Shown here: piece by piece, positions 1-11,438 of the stretch
How the letters are laid out: every line of letters begins with the position of its first letter
Numbering within the stretch: position 1 is the first letter of the stretch
Program-made: the position numbers and the translations under genes
Source: Myxococcota bacterium
Lineage (GTDB): Bacteria; Myxococcota_A; UBA9160; UBA6930
Assembly (NCBI GenBank): GCA_028277885.1
Contig: JANQFK010000022.1
Coordinates: 1,207-65,206, forward strand
DNA: 64,000 bases
Direction of reading: 5' to 3'
The notes under the pieces: model-generated
The model's input: only the letters and a program-made list of their open reading frames with translations
Database searches by the model: none
Told to the model about the DNA's origin: nothing

Positions 1-1796
1 ACCTCGTCGTGGGCCCCCACCAGGGCGTGGGCGCGCAGCGCGGCGGCGCGCGTCTCGGCCAGGGAGACCTGGGAGGGCAGCACCAGCTCGATCTGGAACT
101 GGTTGCGGTCGTTGGGCGGGAAGAACTGCTCGCTGAGGGTCGTGCTGGCCACGAACCCCGAGATCGGCAGCACCAGGGCGACGCCCACTCCCAGGGCCGG
201 CCGGCGGATCACCGCGTCGAGGGAGCGCCGGTACACGCGGCCCAGGCGCGGGCTCGTGAAGCCCTCGCGCCACCAGTGCGGCCTTCCGCTCCGCGGGCGC
301 GAGCGGGGCTCCCGGGGCGTGACGAAGCCGGCCAGGGCGGGGATCACCGTGAGCGAGACCGCCAGGGAGGTCACCACCGAGAGGCCCACGCCCACGGAGA
401 TCGGACCCACGAACTCGCCGGCTCCGCCGGGCATGAGCACGATGGGGAGGAAGGCCAGCACCGTGGTGAGGGTGGAGGCCATCAGCGGGACGAAGAGGTG
501 GCTCACCGCCTTCGCGACGGCGTCGCCGGGCGAGCGGCCCGCCCGCAGGTGCTCGTTGTAGTCGTCCACCACGACGATGGCGTTGTCGATGAGCAGGCCC
601 AGGGCGATGATGAGGCCCGTCACCGAGGTCTGGTGCAGCGGCATGCCGATCCAGTTCAGCTCGGCCAGCACGGCGACGAGGGTGAGGGGCAGGGCGGTGG
701 CGACGATGAGGGCCGAGCGCACCCCCATCGTGAAGAACAGCACCGCGACGACGATCAGCGCGCCCGCCAGGAGGTTCCAGGCCAGGGACCCGAGGCGCTC
801 CTCGGTGTAGACGCTCTGGTCGAAGAGCAGCTCGAGGCCGACGCCGCCGGGCAGCTCGGCGCGGAAGTCCTCCACGGTCCCCCGGGCGCGCGCCGCCCAC
901 AGGTCCACGCGGCGGTCGGTCTCCATGGTGGCGCTCACCACCACGGCCGCGCGTCCGTCGGCGAAGGCCAGGGTCTCCGGCGGGTCGCGCACGGTCTTGG
1001 AGACCCGCGCGACGTCGCCCACGCGCAGGAAGCGCCCGTCCGGCTCCTGGCGCAGCGGGATGCCGCGGATGCGCTCGACCGAGTCGAGCTCGCCCGCCAC
1101 CTCGATCAGCAGGTCGTTGCTTCCGTGGCGCAGCTGGCCCGCCGGCACCTTGGCGTCGGCGCGGTCGATCGCGGCCGAGATCTCCGAGGCGGTGAGGTTG
1201 ACCGCCGCCAGGGCGAAGGAGTCGATGGCGACCCGGATCTCCTCCTCGGGCTCGCCGAACAGCTCGGCTTCCTCGGTGCCGGGCAGGTTCTGGAGCCGGG
1301 CCTCGAGCTCCTCGGCGAGGCGGCGCAGGATGTCGAGCTGGGGAGCCCCCTCCCGCTCCCACACCAGCCCCGCGACCAGGGTGGTGGCCACCGCGCCGGC
1401 GTCCTCGAGGTCCGGCGCCGAGGCGCCCGGCGGAAGGCTCGGCTCCACGTCGTCGAGCCGGTCGCGCATCTTCGACCAGACGCGCTCGACCCCCGAGCCC
1501 TCGATCTCGTCCTGGAGCTCCACGCGGATCACCGAGACGCCGGCCCGGGAGAGCGAGCTCAGCTCGGTGATCTCGTACATCTCCAACAGCTCGGCCTCGA
1601 TCTTCTCGGTGACGAGGGACTCGACGCGCAACGCGCTGGCGCCGGGCAGGTAGGTGACGATGGTGCCGAAGCGGCGCGCGAGGGTCGGGTCCTCCTGGCG
1701 CGGCAGCGTGCGCAGCGCGGCGAGCCCGGCCACCAGCACCAGCCCGATGGTGAGCGCGGTGAGTCGGGTGTTGCGGTAGAACAGGTTCGCCAGCAT
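1..1796 (-). CDS. RND efflux transporter permease subunit (AcrB/AcrD/AcrF family), runs off the window start
   Basis: Not in the ORF track because it has no stop in the window. Manual translation from ATG 1796 gives MLANLFYRNTRLTALTIGLVLVAGLAALRTLPRQEDP...PGASALRVESLVTEKIE, and later ALGLLIDNAIVVVD (RND TM4 motif). Directly downstream of an MFP gene. Confidence 0.93.
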   Translation of the reverse strand, partial: MLANLFYRNTRLTALTIGLVLVAGLAALRTLPRQEDPTLARRFGTIVTYLPGASALRVESLVTEKIEAELLEMYEITELSSLSRAGVSVIRVELQDEIEGSGVERVWSKMRDRLDDVEPSLPPGASAPDLEDAGAVATTLVAGLVWEREGAPQLDILRRLAEELEARLQNLPGTEEAELFGEPEEEIRVAIDSFALAAVNLTASEISAAIDRADAKVPAGQLRHGSNDLLIEVAGELDSVERIRGIPLRQEPDGRFLRVGDVARVSKTVRDPPETLAFADGRAAVVVSATMETDRRVDLWAARARGTVEDFRAELPGGVGLELLFDQSVYTEERLGSLAWNLLAGALIVVAVLFFTMGVRSALIVATALPLTLVAVLAELNWIGMPLHQTSVTGLIIALGLLIDNAIVVVDDYNEHLRAGRSPGDAVAKAVSHLFVPLMASTLTTVLAFLPIVLMPGGAGEFVGPISVGVGLSVVTSLAVSLTVIPALAGFVTPREPRSRPRSGRPHWWREGFTSPRLGRVYRRSLDAVIRRPALGVGVALVLPISGFVASTTLSEQFFPPNDRNQFQIELVLPSQVSLAETRAAALRAHALVGAHDE

Positions 1797-1799
1797 CGG

Positions 1800-2876
1800 C
1801 TACTCGACGGCGCGCACGCGCTGCCCGGGCACCAGGCGATGCAGTCCCGTCGCGACGACGCGCTCGCCGTCCCGGAGGGTTCCGCGTACGAAGGCCCGGT
1901 CCGAGTCCACGTGGAGGAGCTGGAGCTCGCGGCGCTCCACCCGCGTCTCCCCGTCCTCGACCACCACCGCGTAGGCGGACCAGAGCCCGCGGCGTCCCTC
2001 GGTGAGCGCCGTGATGGGCAGCCAGTAGCCCGCGCTGCTGCGCTCGGTCTCGACCGACAGCCGTCCCAGGCTGCCGTTGCGCAGGTCGTCGGGCGGCTCC
2101 TCGAAGGAGAGCACGGCGGTCACGGTGCGGGTGTCGGGCTCGACGCTCGGCACCACGGTGTCGAGGCGGGCGTCGAGGGCGCGGCTCCCGACCTGGACCG
2201 GGTAGGACCGGCCCACCTCGAGCTGGGCGGCGGTCTCCGGCGGCAGCCCCACCCGGAACTCCATGGCGCCATCCTCGATCAGGCGCAGCAGGGTCTGGCC
2301 CGGTGCCACCACCGTGCCCTCGTCCACGAGCCGCGCCGTCACGCTGCCCGCGTAGGGGGCGGTCAGGCTCGAGAGCTCGAGGTCCACGCGCACGCCCTCG
2401 AGCGAGGCGCGCGCCGCGGCGAGCTGGGAGGCAAGGGCGCTCTCCTCGTGGACCGCCTCGTCGTAGCGCTGGGCGGAGATGCTGTCCTGCTCCATCAGGC
2501 GCTCGCGGCGCTCGCGGGTGAGCTTCGCCAGGGCGAGGCGCGCCTGGGTCTCGCGCACGCGGGCCGCGAGCTCCCGGCTGCGCGCCGTCAGCTGGCGCTG
2601 CTCCAGGCGGGCCAGGGTCTGCCCGGCCTCGACGCGGTCGCCTTCGTCGACCCGCACCTCGTCGAGGCGGCCCCCGCGCTCGAAGCCCAGCTCGCTGCTG
2701 CGCCGGCTCACCACGCGGCCCGCGAACCCCTCGCTCACCGCGTAGCCCTCGACGGCCTGCACGGGTCGGGTCTGGACCGGCAGGGGCCCCTCGGCGGCGA
2801 CGGGCTCCGTGGTGCCGTCGCGTCCGCCGCAGGCGAGCGCCAGGGTCGCGACCCCGAGGAGGGCGAGGCGCCTCAC
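1800..2876 (-). CDS. RND efflux periplasmic adaptor (MFP), lipoprotein
   Basis: C-terminal part of ORF 1800..3308. GTG 2876 overlaps the TetR stop (GTGA). Lipobox LALAC; MFP motifs VRVDEGDRVEAGQTLARL and LTAPYAGSV. Confidence 0.92.
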   Translation of the reverse strand: MRRLALLGVATLALACGGRDGTTEPVAAEGPLPVQTRPVQAVEGYAVSEGFAGRVVSRRSSELGFERGGRLDEVRVDEGDRVEAGQTLARLEQRQLTARSRELAARVRETQARLALAKLTRERRERLMEQDSISAQRYDEAVHEESALASQLAAARASLEGVRVDLELSSLTAPYAGSVTARLVDEGTVVAPGQTLLRLIEDGAMEFRVGLPPETAAQLEVGRSYPVQVGSRALDARLDTVVPSVEPDTRTVTAVLSFEEPPDDLRNGSLGRLSVETERSSAGYWLPITALTEGRRGLWSAYAVVVEDGETRVERRELQLLHVDSDRAFVRGTLRDGERVVATGLHRLVPGQRVRAVE

Positions 2877-3487
2877 GGCCGCGCCTCCGGCCGCACGCCG
2901 TCGAGCAGCATCCGCATCGCGGTCTCCAGGTAGGTGTCGTCGTCGGGCAGGCCGTCGCCGAAGCGCGCGCGCAGCGCCGGCCGTGCCTGGAACCAGTGCT
3001 CCACCAGGCCGAAGAAGGCGGCCAGCACCGCGGCCGGGTCGAGGTCGGCGCGCAGCTTGCCCGCGCGCTGCATCTCCCGCAGGCGGGCCACGCCGCGCGT
3101 GGTGAGGTCGCCGGACTCGGGGAAGCCGCCGCCGGCACCGGCGTTGGTCCAGCCGTGGAGCCGCGAGACCGGCGGGTTGTCGGTCAGGAAGCGGAACATC
3201 ATGCCGAGGGACTCGGCCAGGTCCTCGGCGCCGAGCTCTTCGCGGTCGAGGACGCCGTGCTGGACCCGCGCGTAGGGCCGGAAGCGGCGCCCCACGACCT
3301 CCTGCCACAGGCCCTCCTTGGAGCCGAAGTGGTGGTGGATCAGGCTGCGGGTCACGCCCGCCTGGGCGGCGACGTCGCGCAGGGCGGTCTCGCCGAAGCC
3401 CCGCTCGGCGAAGAGCCGCTCGGCGGCGTCGAGGATCGCCTCGCGGGTCGAGGAGGGGGGGGTCGGGGTGACGGGCGCGGCTTCCAA
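2873..3487 (-). CDS. TetR/AcrR family transcriptional regulator
   Basis: REAILDAAERLFAERGFGETALRDVAAQAGVTRSLIHHHFGSKEGL HTH signature; TTG start with GGAGG upstream. Confidence 0.93.
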   Translation of the reverse strand: MEAAPVTPTPPSSTREAILDAAERLFAERGFGETALRDVAAQAGVTRSLIHHHFGSKEGLWQEVVGRRFRPYARVQHGVLDREELGAEDLAESLGMMFRFLTDNPPVSRLHGWTNAGAGGGFPESGDLTTRGVARLREMQRAGKLRADLDPAAVLAAFFGLVEHWFQARPALRARFGDGLPDDDTYLETAMRMLLDGVRPEARP

Positions 3488-3514
3488 GACGTCCTCCAGG
3501 GCCGCCCGGCAGGG

Positions 3515-3534
3515 TTGGCCGGCCGGCCAGTCAA
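3515..3534. promoter_or_regulatory. Putative TetR operator (imperfect 20-bp palindrome TTGGCCGGCCGGCCAGTCAA)
   Basis: 16/20 self-complementary, about 30-50 nt upstream of the tetR start. Autoregulation is inferred from family behaviour. Confidence 0.55.
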
Positions 3535-3625
3535 GAGGATGCCCAACGGCGCGCGGGCGTCAAACCCGCCCGGGGGCTGGAGCCCAACTACCCGTTCTGG
3601 CTCAGGATACTCTGGCAGGAAGGCG

Positions 3626-5419
3626 TCAGGAGGCCGGCAGGGCGCGGGCCCAGGTCGGGATCCCGCGGGAGAGCTGGGTCTCCAGCTCGGCCGCCGAGCT
3701 GGGGCGCGCGAACAGGTAGCCCTGCATGCGGGTGCAGCCCCGCTCGAGGAGCACGTCCCGCTGGGCCCGGTTCTCGACGCCCTCGGCCACCACCGCCACG
3801 CCGAGCTCCCGGGCGATCCCGATCAGCCCGGCGGTGATCGTCATGTCGGCGCTGCGCTTCGGGATCTCGCTCACGAAGCTGCGGTCGAGCTTGATGGTGT
3901 CGACGCTCAGGTGCTTGAGGGCCGAGAGGGCCGAGTAGCCCGTGCCGAAGTCGTCGATGGCGATGCGCACGCCGAGGTCCTGGATGCGGCGGACCGTGGT
4001 GAGGGTGATGCCGCGCTCCTGGAGCACGCTGCTCTCGGTGATCTCCAGCTCGAGGCGGTCCGGGGGGAGCGCGCTGTCGCGCAGCGCCCGGGCCACCACG
4101 AGGGCGAAGCTCGGGTCGGCGAGCTGGCGGGTGGAGACGTTCACGCCGATCTTGACGCCGCGTCCGCGCGGGTCGTTCCAGGCCGCGCCCTCGTTGCAGG
4201 CGGTGCGCATCACCCACTCGCCGATGGGGTGGATCAGCCCGGTCTCCTCGGCGATCGCGATCAGCTCCGGGGTGGCGACCGTGGTCCGGTCGGGCCCGCG
4301 CCAGCGCAGCAGCGCCTCCACGCCGTAGAGCGTCCCCGTCTCGAGATCGATCTGGGGCTGGTAGGCGAGGCCGAAGCCCTCCTCCTCGATGGCGCCGCGC
4401 AGGCCGTTCTCGAGCTCGAGGCGCCGGCTCACCACGGAGTTCATGGCCTCGGAGTAGTGGGAGAAGCGGTTCAGGCCCTCGGACTTGGCGTGGTACATCG
4501 CCGTGTCCGCGTTGCGCACCAGGGTCTCGGGGTCGAGCCCGTCGCGGGGGTAGAGCGCGATCCCGATGCTGGCCGTGACGCGGTAGTCGCTGCCCTCGAG
4601 CGCGCAGGGGGCGCTGATCGCCTCGATGAGCTTCTGGCAGACGCGGCCCGGGTCGTGCTCGCGCTTCACGTCCTGGAGCATCAGGACGAACTCGTCGCCG
4701 CCGAGCCGGGCCACCATGTCGCTCGAGCGCAGCACGCCGCGGATGCGCTCGGCCACGGTGCGCAGGAGCTGGTCGCCCGCCGGGTGGCCCAGGGTGTCGT
4801 TGATGTTCTTGAAGCGGTCGACGTCCAGGAACAGGACGCCCACCTCCTTGTTGCTGCGCGAGCTGTAGGCCAGGGTGCGGCGCAGCTGCTCCTCGTAGGC
4901 GAGCCGGTTGGGCAGGCCGGTGAGGGAGTCGTGGGTGGCGAGGTAGTGCTCCTGGCGCCGGGCCTGGGCGAGGTCGGCGAGGATGCGGTGGCGCTCCACG
5001 GCGTGGCGCACGGTGCGGTGCACGAGGCGCGGCTCCGGGTCGCGCTTCACCAGGTAGTCCTGGGCGCCGTAGCGCAGCGCCTCGAGCGCCAGGACCTCGT
5101 CGTCCTGGGACGTCATCGCGATGATGGGCACCGTGGCGGCGGCGACGCGAGCCCGGGCGAGCGCGTTGAGCCCCTCGCCCTCCTCGAGGCTCAGGTCGAG
5201 GAGCACGCACTGGAAGTCGCCGTCGCGCAGCGCGCGCAGGCCCTGCTCGAGGCCCTCCACGTGGGTGATGTCGAAGTGAACCTCCCGAGCCTGGGAGAGA
5301 ATCGCTTCGATCCACTTCGCGTCGTCGGCCTCGTCCTCGACGAGCAGGACCGGGATTCGCGGGATCGCGGCGGGACGCGCCGCGTCTGCGATGGCGGTAG
5401 CCGACATGAGCTGTGTCAT
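3626..5419 (-). CDS. Response-regulator receiver-GGDEF-EAL diguanylate cyclase/phosphodiesterase
   Basis: REC (LVEDE, VLLDL, YLVK); RSSD I-site plus ARLGGDEF; VEALLRW and IDDFGTGYS. Start uncertain (5425/5419/5407). Confidence 0.93.
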   Translation of the reverse strand: MTQLMSATAIADAARPAAIPRIPVLLVEDEADDAKWIEAILSQAREVHFDITHVEGLEQGLRALRDGDFQCVLLDLSLEEGEGLNALARARVAAATVPIIAMTSQDDEVLALEALRYGAQDYLVKRDPEPRLVHRTVRHAVERHRILADLAQARRQEHYLATHDSLTGLPNRLAYEEQLRRTLAYSSRSNKEVGVLFLDVDRFKNINDTLGHPAGDQLLRTVAERIRGVLRSSDMVARLGGDEFVLMLQDVKREHDPGRVCQKLIEAISAPCALEGSDYRVTASIGIALYPRDGLDPETLVRNADTAMYHAKSEGLNRFSHYSEAMNSVVSRRLELENGLRGAIEEEGFGLAYQPQIDLETGTLYGVEALLRWRGPDRTTVATPELIAIAEETGLIHPIGEWVMRTACNEGAAWNDPRGRGVKIGVNVSTRQLADPSFALVVARALRDSALPPDRLELEITESSVLQERGITLTTVRRIQDLGVRIAIDDFGTGYSALSALKHLSVDTIKLDRSFVSEIPKRSADMTITAGLIGIARELGVAVVAEGVENRAQRDVLLERGCTRMQGYLFARPSSAAELETQLSRGIPTWARALPAS

Positions 5420-5545
5420 CGGCAATACGCATGCAGAGGGTGAGTTTGAGTGAGGCTAAACACCCCGCTCCAACAGGGGGGGAGCAGTACGGTGACATTG
5501 GAAGGAGCCGTCTGCCGGAGCCGGGCCCGCCGCCGGGCCCCGGCG

Positions 5546-5962
5546 CTAGGAGGCGGAGCGCCCCTCCAGGGTGAGCGCCACCTCCTGGCCGTGGGCGATC
5601 TCGAGGGTGTGCTGGTCCGGGTCGGAGATCAGCGCCCAGTAGCCCACGGGGTAGCCCGAGTCGACGGGGCCGTGCACCGCGTGGCCGTCGGCCCGGGCCT
5701 TCTCGCACAGCGCATCCACCTCCTCCCGGGTGCGACAGCCGACGCCGAGGTGCGCGATGGGGAGCAGCGGGTTGCGCACCTCGGGCAGCTCGAGCAGCAC
5801 GATCACGAAGGGACGCGTGCGGTCGCTGATCCAGGCCACCCGCATGCCGGTGTCGCTGCGCTGGTGAACCACCTCCATGCGGGCGTACTCGGCGTAGAAC
5901 GCGAGGCTCGCGTCGAGGTCGGTCACCGGCAGCGCCACGTGGGTGAGGCCGACGTCGCTCAT
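5546..5962 (-). CDS. VOC/glyoxalase family protein
   Basis: LTHVALPVTDLDASLAFY...AHLGV...DPDQHTLEI. Confidence 0.9.
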   Translation of the reverse strand: MSDVGLTHVALPVTDLDASLAFYAEYARMEVVHQRSDTGMRVAWISDRTRPFVIVLLELPEVRNPLLPIAHLGVGCRTREEVDALCEKARADGHAVHGPVDSGYPVGYWALISDPDQHTLEIAHGQEVALTLEGRSAS

Positions 5963-6007
5963 CGGCGCGCAGTGTAGCGCCTCGTCCCTTCCGCGGGCCG
6001 GGCGGGC

Positions 6008-7549
6008 CTAGACGATCCGGCTCTCGTGGCCCTTCCAGTAGCGATCCCGCAGCAGGCGCTTGTAGAGCTTGCCCGTGGGATGGCGCGGCAGCTCCCGCTC
6101 GAAGTCGATGCTGCGCGGGCACTTGACGTGGGCGAGGCGCTCGCGACACCACGCCAGCAGCTCCTCGGCGAGCTCGGGGCCGGCCTCGTCGGGATCCAGC
6201 AGCTGGACCGCGGCCTTCACCTCCTCGCCGAACTCCTCGTTGGGGACGCCGAAGACCGCCACGTCTGCCACCCGGGGATGGGTGACGAGCACGTTCTCCG
6301 CCTCCTGGGGGTAGATGTTCACGCCCCCGGAGATGATCATGTAGGCCTTGCGGTCGGTGAGGAACAGGAAGCCCTCGTCGTCGAGGTAGCCGACGTCGCC
6401 GAGGGTCGACCAGCCGCTCGCGGTGCGGGACGCCGCCGTCTTCTCGGGGTCGTTGTGGTACTCGAAGCTCTCGCCGCCGCCGAAGTACACGGTCCCGGTC
6501 TCTCCCGCCGGCAGCTCCTCGCCGTGCTCGCCGAGGACGTGGACCTCGCCCCGCAGCGGCCTTCCCACGGAGCCCTTCTTGCGCAGCCACGTCTCGGAGT
6601 CGATGGCGGTGAAGCCGTTGCCCTCGGTGCCGGCGTAGTACTCGTGGATCACCGGCCCCCACCACTCGATCATCTGCTCCTTCACCGGGATCGGGCAGGG
6701 CGCCGCGGCGTGGATCGCGCAGCGCAGGCTCGACACGTCGAAGCGGACGCGCTCGGCCTCGGGGAGCTTCAGCATGCGGACGAACATGGTGGGCACCCAC
6801 TGGCCGTGGGTCACCCGGTGCGCCTCGATCAGCTCGAGGGCGCGCAGGGCGTCGAAGTGCTCCATCACCACGCAGGTCGCGCCGATCCGCTGCATCGCCA
6901 GGTTGAAGCGCAGCGGCGCCGCGTGGTAGAGCGGGGCCGGCGAGAGGTAGACGCTGCTCTCGTCGCAGCCGTAGAGCACTCCCATCAGCGCGAGGAGCGG
7001 CGGCGTGGTGCCGAAGGGCGCCCCCGCGCCGCGCACCACCACGCCCTTGGGCCGCCCCGTGGTGCCCGAGGAGTAGAGCATGTCGGCGCCCTCCACCTCG
7101 TCGGCGATGGGCGTGGCGGGCTGGGCCGCGGTGGCCTCCTCCCAGGAGGTCCAGCCGCGGCGCGCCTCGTCGAGCACGAGGTGGTGCTTCACGCCGGGCA
7201 GCCGGCCCGCGAGCCCGTCGGCGAGCTCGCCCAGGGCCGCGGAGGTGAGGAACGCCCGGGCACCGCAGTCCCCCACGATGTAGGCGACCTCGTCGGGGGT
7301 GAGGCGCGAGCTGATGGGGGTGTAGATCAGGCCCGAGCGCTGGGCCGCCCAGCACAGCTCGAAGAAGCGCGGGTGGTTCTCGAGGCAGAACGCGATGGAT
7401 TCGCCCGCGGCGAGGCCGAGGGAGCGGAACAGCTGGGCGCCCTGGTTGGAGCGCTCGTCGAGCTGGCGGTAGGTGGTCGTCTGGCCGCCGTCGGCCATCA
7501 CGACGGCGGGCTTGTCGGGATGACGGCGCGCGTGCTCTCCGGGGTGCAT
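6008..7549 (-). CDS. Acyl-CoA synthetase (AMP-binding family)
   Basis: YSSGTTGRPKG, YAGTE, GDVGYLDDEG, TGKL motifs. Confidence 0.93.
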   Translation of the reverse strand: MHPGEHARRHPDKPAVVMADGGQTTTYRQLDERSNQGAQLFRSLGLAAGESIAFCLENHPRFFELCWAAQRSGLIYTPISSRLTPDEVAYIVGDCGARAFLTSAALGELADGLAGRLPGVKHHLVLDEARRGWTSWEEATAAQPATPIADEVEGADMLYSSGTTGRPKGVVVRGAGAPFGTTPPLLALMGVLYGCDESSVYLSPAPLYHAAPLRFNLAMQRIGATCVVMEHFDALRALELIEAHRVTHGQWVPTMFVRMLKLPEAERVRFDVSSLRCAIHAAAPCPIPVKEQMIEWWGPVIHEYYAGTEGNGFTAIDSETWLRKKGSVGRPLRGEVHVLGEHGEELPAGETGTVYFGGGESFEYHNDPEKTAASRTASGWSTLGDVGYLDDEGFLFLTDRKAYMIISGGVNIYPQEAENVLVTHPRVADVAVFGVPNEEFGEEVKAAVQLLDPDEAGPELAEELLAWCRERLAHVKCPRSIDFERELPRHPTGKLYKRLLRDRYWKGHESRIV

Positions 7550-7558
7550 GGCGTCTCC

Positions 7559-8227
7559 TCAGGCCGTGGGCCGGCGCTCGAGCCCGTGCTGCTGGAGCCG
7601 CCAGAGCAGCAGGTCGAGGCGGTCCTGGCCGAAGAAGGGCTCGCCCTCGAACACGCAGGTGGGCACGCCCCAGTGGCCGCCGGCCTCGAGGGCCTGCTGG
7701 TTGGCCTCGATGGCGGCGTCGAAGCGCGGCGTGTCCGCGGCGACGGCTGCCTCGAGCTCCGCGAGGTCGAGGCCTGCGCGCGCGGTGGCGTCGGCCAGGT
7801 GGGAGCCCTCGTTCCAGCCGTCGACCTTGCCGTCCCAGATGATCTTCGAGACCTCGTCGAGGAAGGGCAGGCCGCGCCCGCGCTCCGCCGCGGCCACGCC
7901 CAGGCGGGTGAGACGGTGGGCGTGGGGCTGCTCCGGGGCGGTGCGCAGTCGGCCGTCCACCGGGGTCTGGACCACCGGGTCGGGTCGCGGGATCCCGATG
8001 TCGATGCCGTGGAACTGGCCCAGGCGCACCACGTCGCGCACCAGGTAGGGCGGCCACAGCGGGTTCACGCGGTCGAAGAAGTCCGGCTCGCGCACCGCGA
8101 TGGGGAGCACCGGCCGCACGTTCACGTCGAGGTCCCACTCGGCCTCGAGCTCCACGATGCGGGCCGTCGCCAGGTACGAGTAGGGGCTGCGGAAGGACCA
8201 GAACAGATCGAAGGCGAGGGTCGCCAC
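7559..8227 (-). CDS. 2-hydroxychromene-2-carboxylate isomerase / DsbA (GST-kappa) family protein
   Basis: FWSFRSPYSYL N-terminus and GVPTCVFEGEPFFGQDR C-terminus. Confidence 0.9.
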   Translation of the reverse strand: MATLAFDLFWSFRSPYSYLATARIVELEAEWDLDVNVRPVLPIAVREPDFFDRVNPLWPPYLVRDVVRLGQFHGIDIGIPRPDPVVQTPVDGRLRTAPEQPHAHRLTRLGVAAAERGRGLPFLDEVSKIIWDGKVDGWNEGSHLADATARAGLDLAELEAAVAADTPRFDAAIEANQQALEAGGHWGVPTCVFEGEPFFGQDRLDLLLWRLQQHGLERRPTA

Positions 8228-8264
8228 GGCGCCTCCAGCCCCCCAGCGGCGCCGCCAACGTAGC

Positions 8265-8848
8265 TCAGGGGTCCGGCGACCACGCCATGGCGGCCGCGAC
8301 GTCCCGCGCGGTGCCGAAGGGGCCCGGGTAGCCGATGGCGCGGTGGCTCGCGGGCTCGCCGTAGAAGGCCAGGGCCGCCACGGACTTCACGCCCTTGAAG
8401 AGGTCGCGCTTCAGGTCGAGGCGGGAGCCCATGCAGCTCGCGAGCACCGCGTCCTGGGCCGGCCCGGCGAGGGTGGTGAAGGGCCGCAGCTTCGGCAGCA
8501 GCGGCCACACCCCGAGCTCGAGGGCGAGGAGCCCCTGACCCAGCACGGCGCCGAGGGCGGGCGTCTCGCCCAGCCAGTCGTCGGCGCGGGCCGCCGGGTC
8601 GACGCGGCGGGTCTGGATCAGCACCTCGGCGGGCGGGCCGAGCAGCCGGGCGGCGGCGGCGTTGAGGGTCGCGTAGGCGCGGGGAGAGAGAACGCGCAGG
8701 CTGCGGTCCGCGGGCGGCCCGAGCTCGGGATCCCGGCAGCCGAGGGGCACGAGCCCGGCCGCCGACGCCGCGGCGACCCCGCGCAGGAAGGCTCGCCGGT
8801 GCATGGGAGCCAGTGCGCGCTCGAGGGCGGCGGTGGGCTCGGGACGGG

Positions 8849-8852
<4 letters not shown>
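8265..8852 (-). CDS. Tat-exported (lipo)protein, gluconate 2-dehydrogenase subunit 3-like partner of the GMC oxidoreductase
   Basis: HRRAFLRG twin-arginine motif, PLGC, C-terminal AIGYPGP; coupled to the GMC gene by a 4-nt overlap. Confidence 0.7.
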
Positions 8853-10321
<1,469 letters not shown>

Positions 10322-10362
10322 GGCCCGAGTATAGGAAGCGGTGGACGCGGTACCCTCGCTGC

Positions 10363-10959
10363 GTGCTCGAGCTCGCCGCCGAGACGTCGCCGGAGTGGGC
10401 CCGCTGGGCCGCCGCCCACCGCGACGAGGTCCTGGTGGACCACGCCCACTGCGAGAAGAAGGCGGCGGGCGCGGCGGTGAACCTGATCTTCCGCCACCCC
10501 GAGCGTCCCGGCTGGCTGGCGCCGCTCTCGGCCCTCGCCCGGGAGGAGCTCTCGCACTTCGAGGGCATGCTCGCCCACCTCGCGCGTCTCGGCGTGGCGT
10601 TCGGGCGCCAGCGTCCCGGCCCCTACGGCGGGAAGCTCCACGCCCGGGTCCGTGGCCGCGAGGGCGAGCGGCTGCTCGACACCCTGCTGTGCTGCGCCCT
10701 CATCGAGGCGCGCAGCTGCGAGCGCCTGGGCCTGCTCGCCGCCGAGCTCGACGACCCGGAGCTGGCCGCCTTCTACCGCGGGCTCCACGCCGCCGAGGCG
10801 CGGCACCACCGGCTCTACCTCGATCTCGCCGCCGAGGTGGCGCCCGCTGCGGAGGTGGCGACGCGCCTCGCCGAGCTGGCCCGCCACGAGGCCGCGGTGC
10901 TGGCCGCCACGCCCCCGCTGCCGCGGCTCCACGCCGGCGGGCTGGGGGGGTGCGATTGA
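10363..10959 (+). CDS. miaE: tRNA ms2i6A37 hydroxylase MiaE
   Basis: DHAHCEKKAA, AREELSHF, ALIEARSCER, EARH diiron motifs. Confidence 0.92.
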   Translation: MLELAAETSPEWARWAAAHRDEVLVDHAHCEKKAAGAAVNLIFRHPERPGWLAPLSALAREELSHFEGMLAHLARLGVAFGRQRPGPYGGKLHARVRGREGERLLDTLLCCALIEARSCERLGLLAAELDDPELAAFYRGLHAAEARHHRLYLDLAAEVAPAAEVATRLAELARHEAAVLAATPPLPRLHAGGLGGCD

Positions 10960-11001
10960 CGCGGGGCCGAGCCCTGTGGTACCGAGCCCGCTGGACATAG
11001 A

Positions 11002-11226
11002 CGCTGGAAGGTGGCCCCGCTCCCTCGGAGCGGGGCGGCTCGACCTCCCGGGCACGGCGCCGCGCTGGCGCCCGCGACCGGGGGGGAGGGCTTCGGGAAG
11101 CCGGTGGGAATCCGGCACGAGCCCGTCGCTGTAACCGGACGCAATCCTCGAAGGACGCCACTGGCCCGCCGGGCTGGGAAGGCTCGAGGACCGGAGTCCG
11201 GAAGTCAGAAGACCGGCCTCCCAGCG
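11002..11226 (+). promoter_or_regulatory. Cobalamin (B12) riboswitch
   Basis: P1 CGCTGGAAGGT...GCCTCCCAGCG; core GGGAA-GCCGGTGGGAATCCGGC-ACGAGCCCGTCGCTGTAA; GCCACTG...GGGAAGGC; B12 box GAAGTCAGAAGACCGGCC. Upstream of a TonB-dependent receptor operon. Confidence 0.93.
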
Positions 11227-11235
11227 AGCTCAGCA

Positions 11236-11256
11236 CTTCCTTCGGGAGCAAGGAGG
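11236..11256 (+). promoter_or_regulatory. Riboswitch expression platform: hairpin sequestering a Shine-Dalgarno sequence
   Basis: CTTCCTT (11236-11242) pairs with AAGGAGG (11250-11256). The loop CGGGAGC can pair with CCCG in the L5 region (kissing loop). Confidence 0.7.
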
Positions 11257-11438
11257 CGAGTCGTCGTGAGCGGCGCATTCCCGGTCGGCATTCCTGCCCG
11301 CGCGTCGCGTCGCTCACGCCGTGTCCATCCGCAGGGGGCCAGGTCGGCGCCCGCGGTGCACCGGCCCCCGGCTGGAGCGACCCGCTCCCTCGTACCCCAC
11401 CGGGCGGCGTCGCCGCGCCGCCCCACCGGAGGCACCCC

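Noticed and set aside
9-2933. Very long alternative ORFs (e.g. 9..2933 +, 3588..8258 -, 23117..25912 -, 38027..41248 +, most of 43050..47972 -)
   Set aside because: Antisense or frame-shifted shadows of recognisable genes, expected at very high GC where stop codons are scarce.
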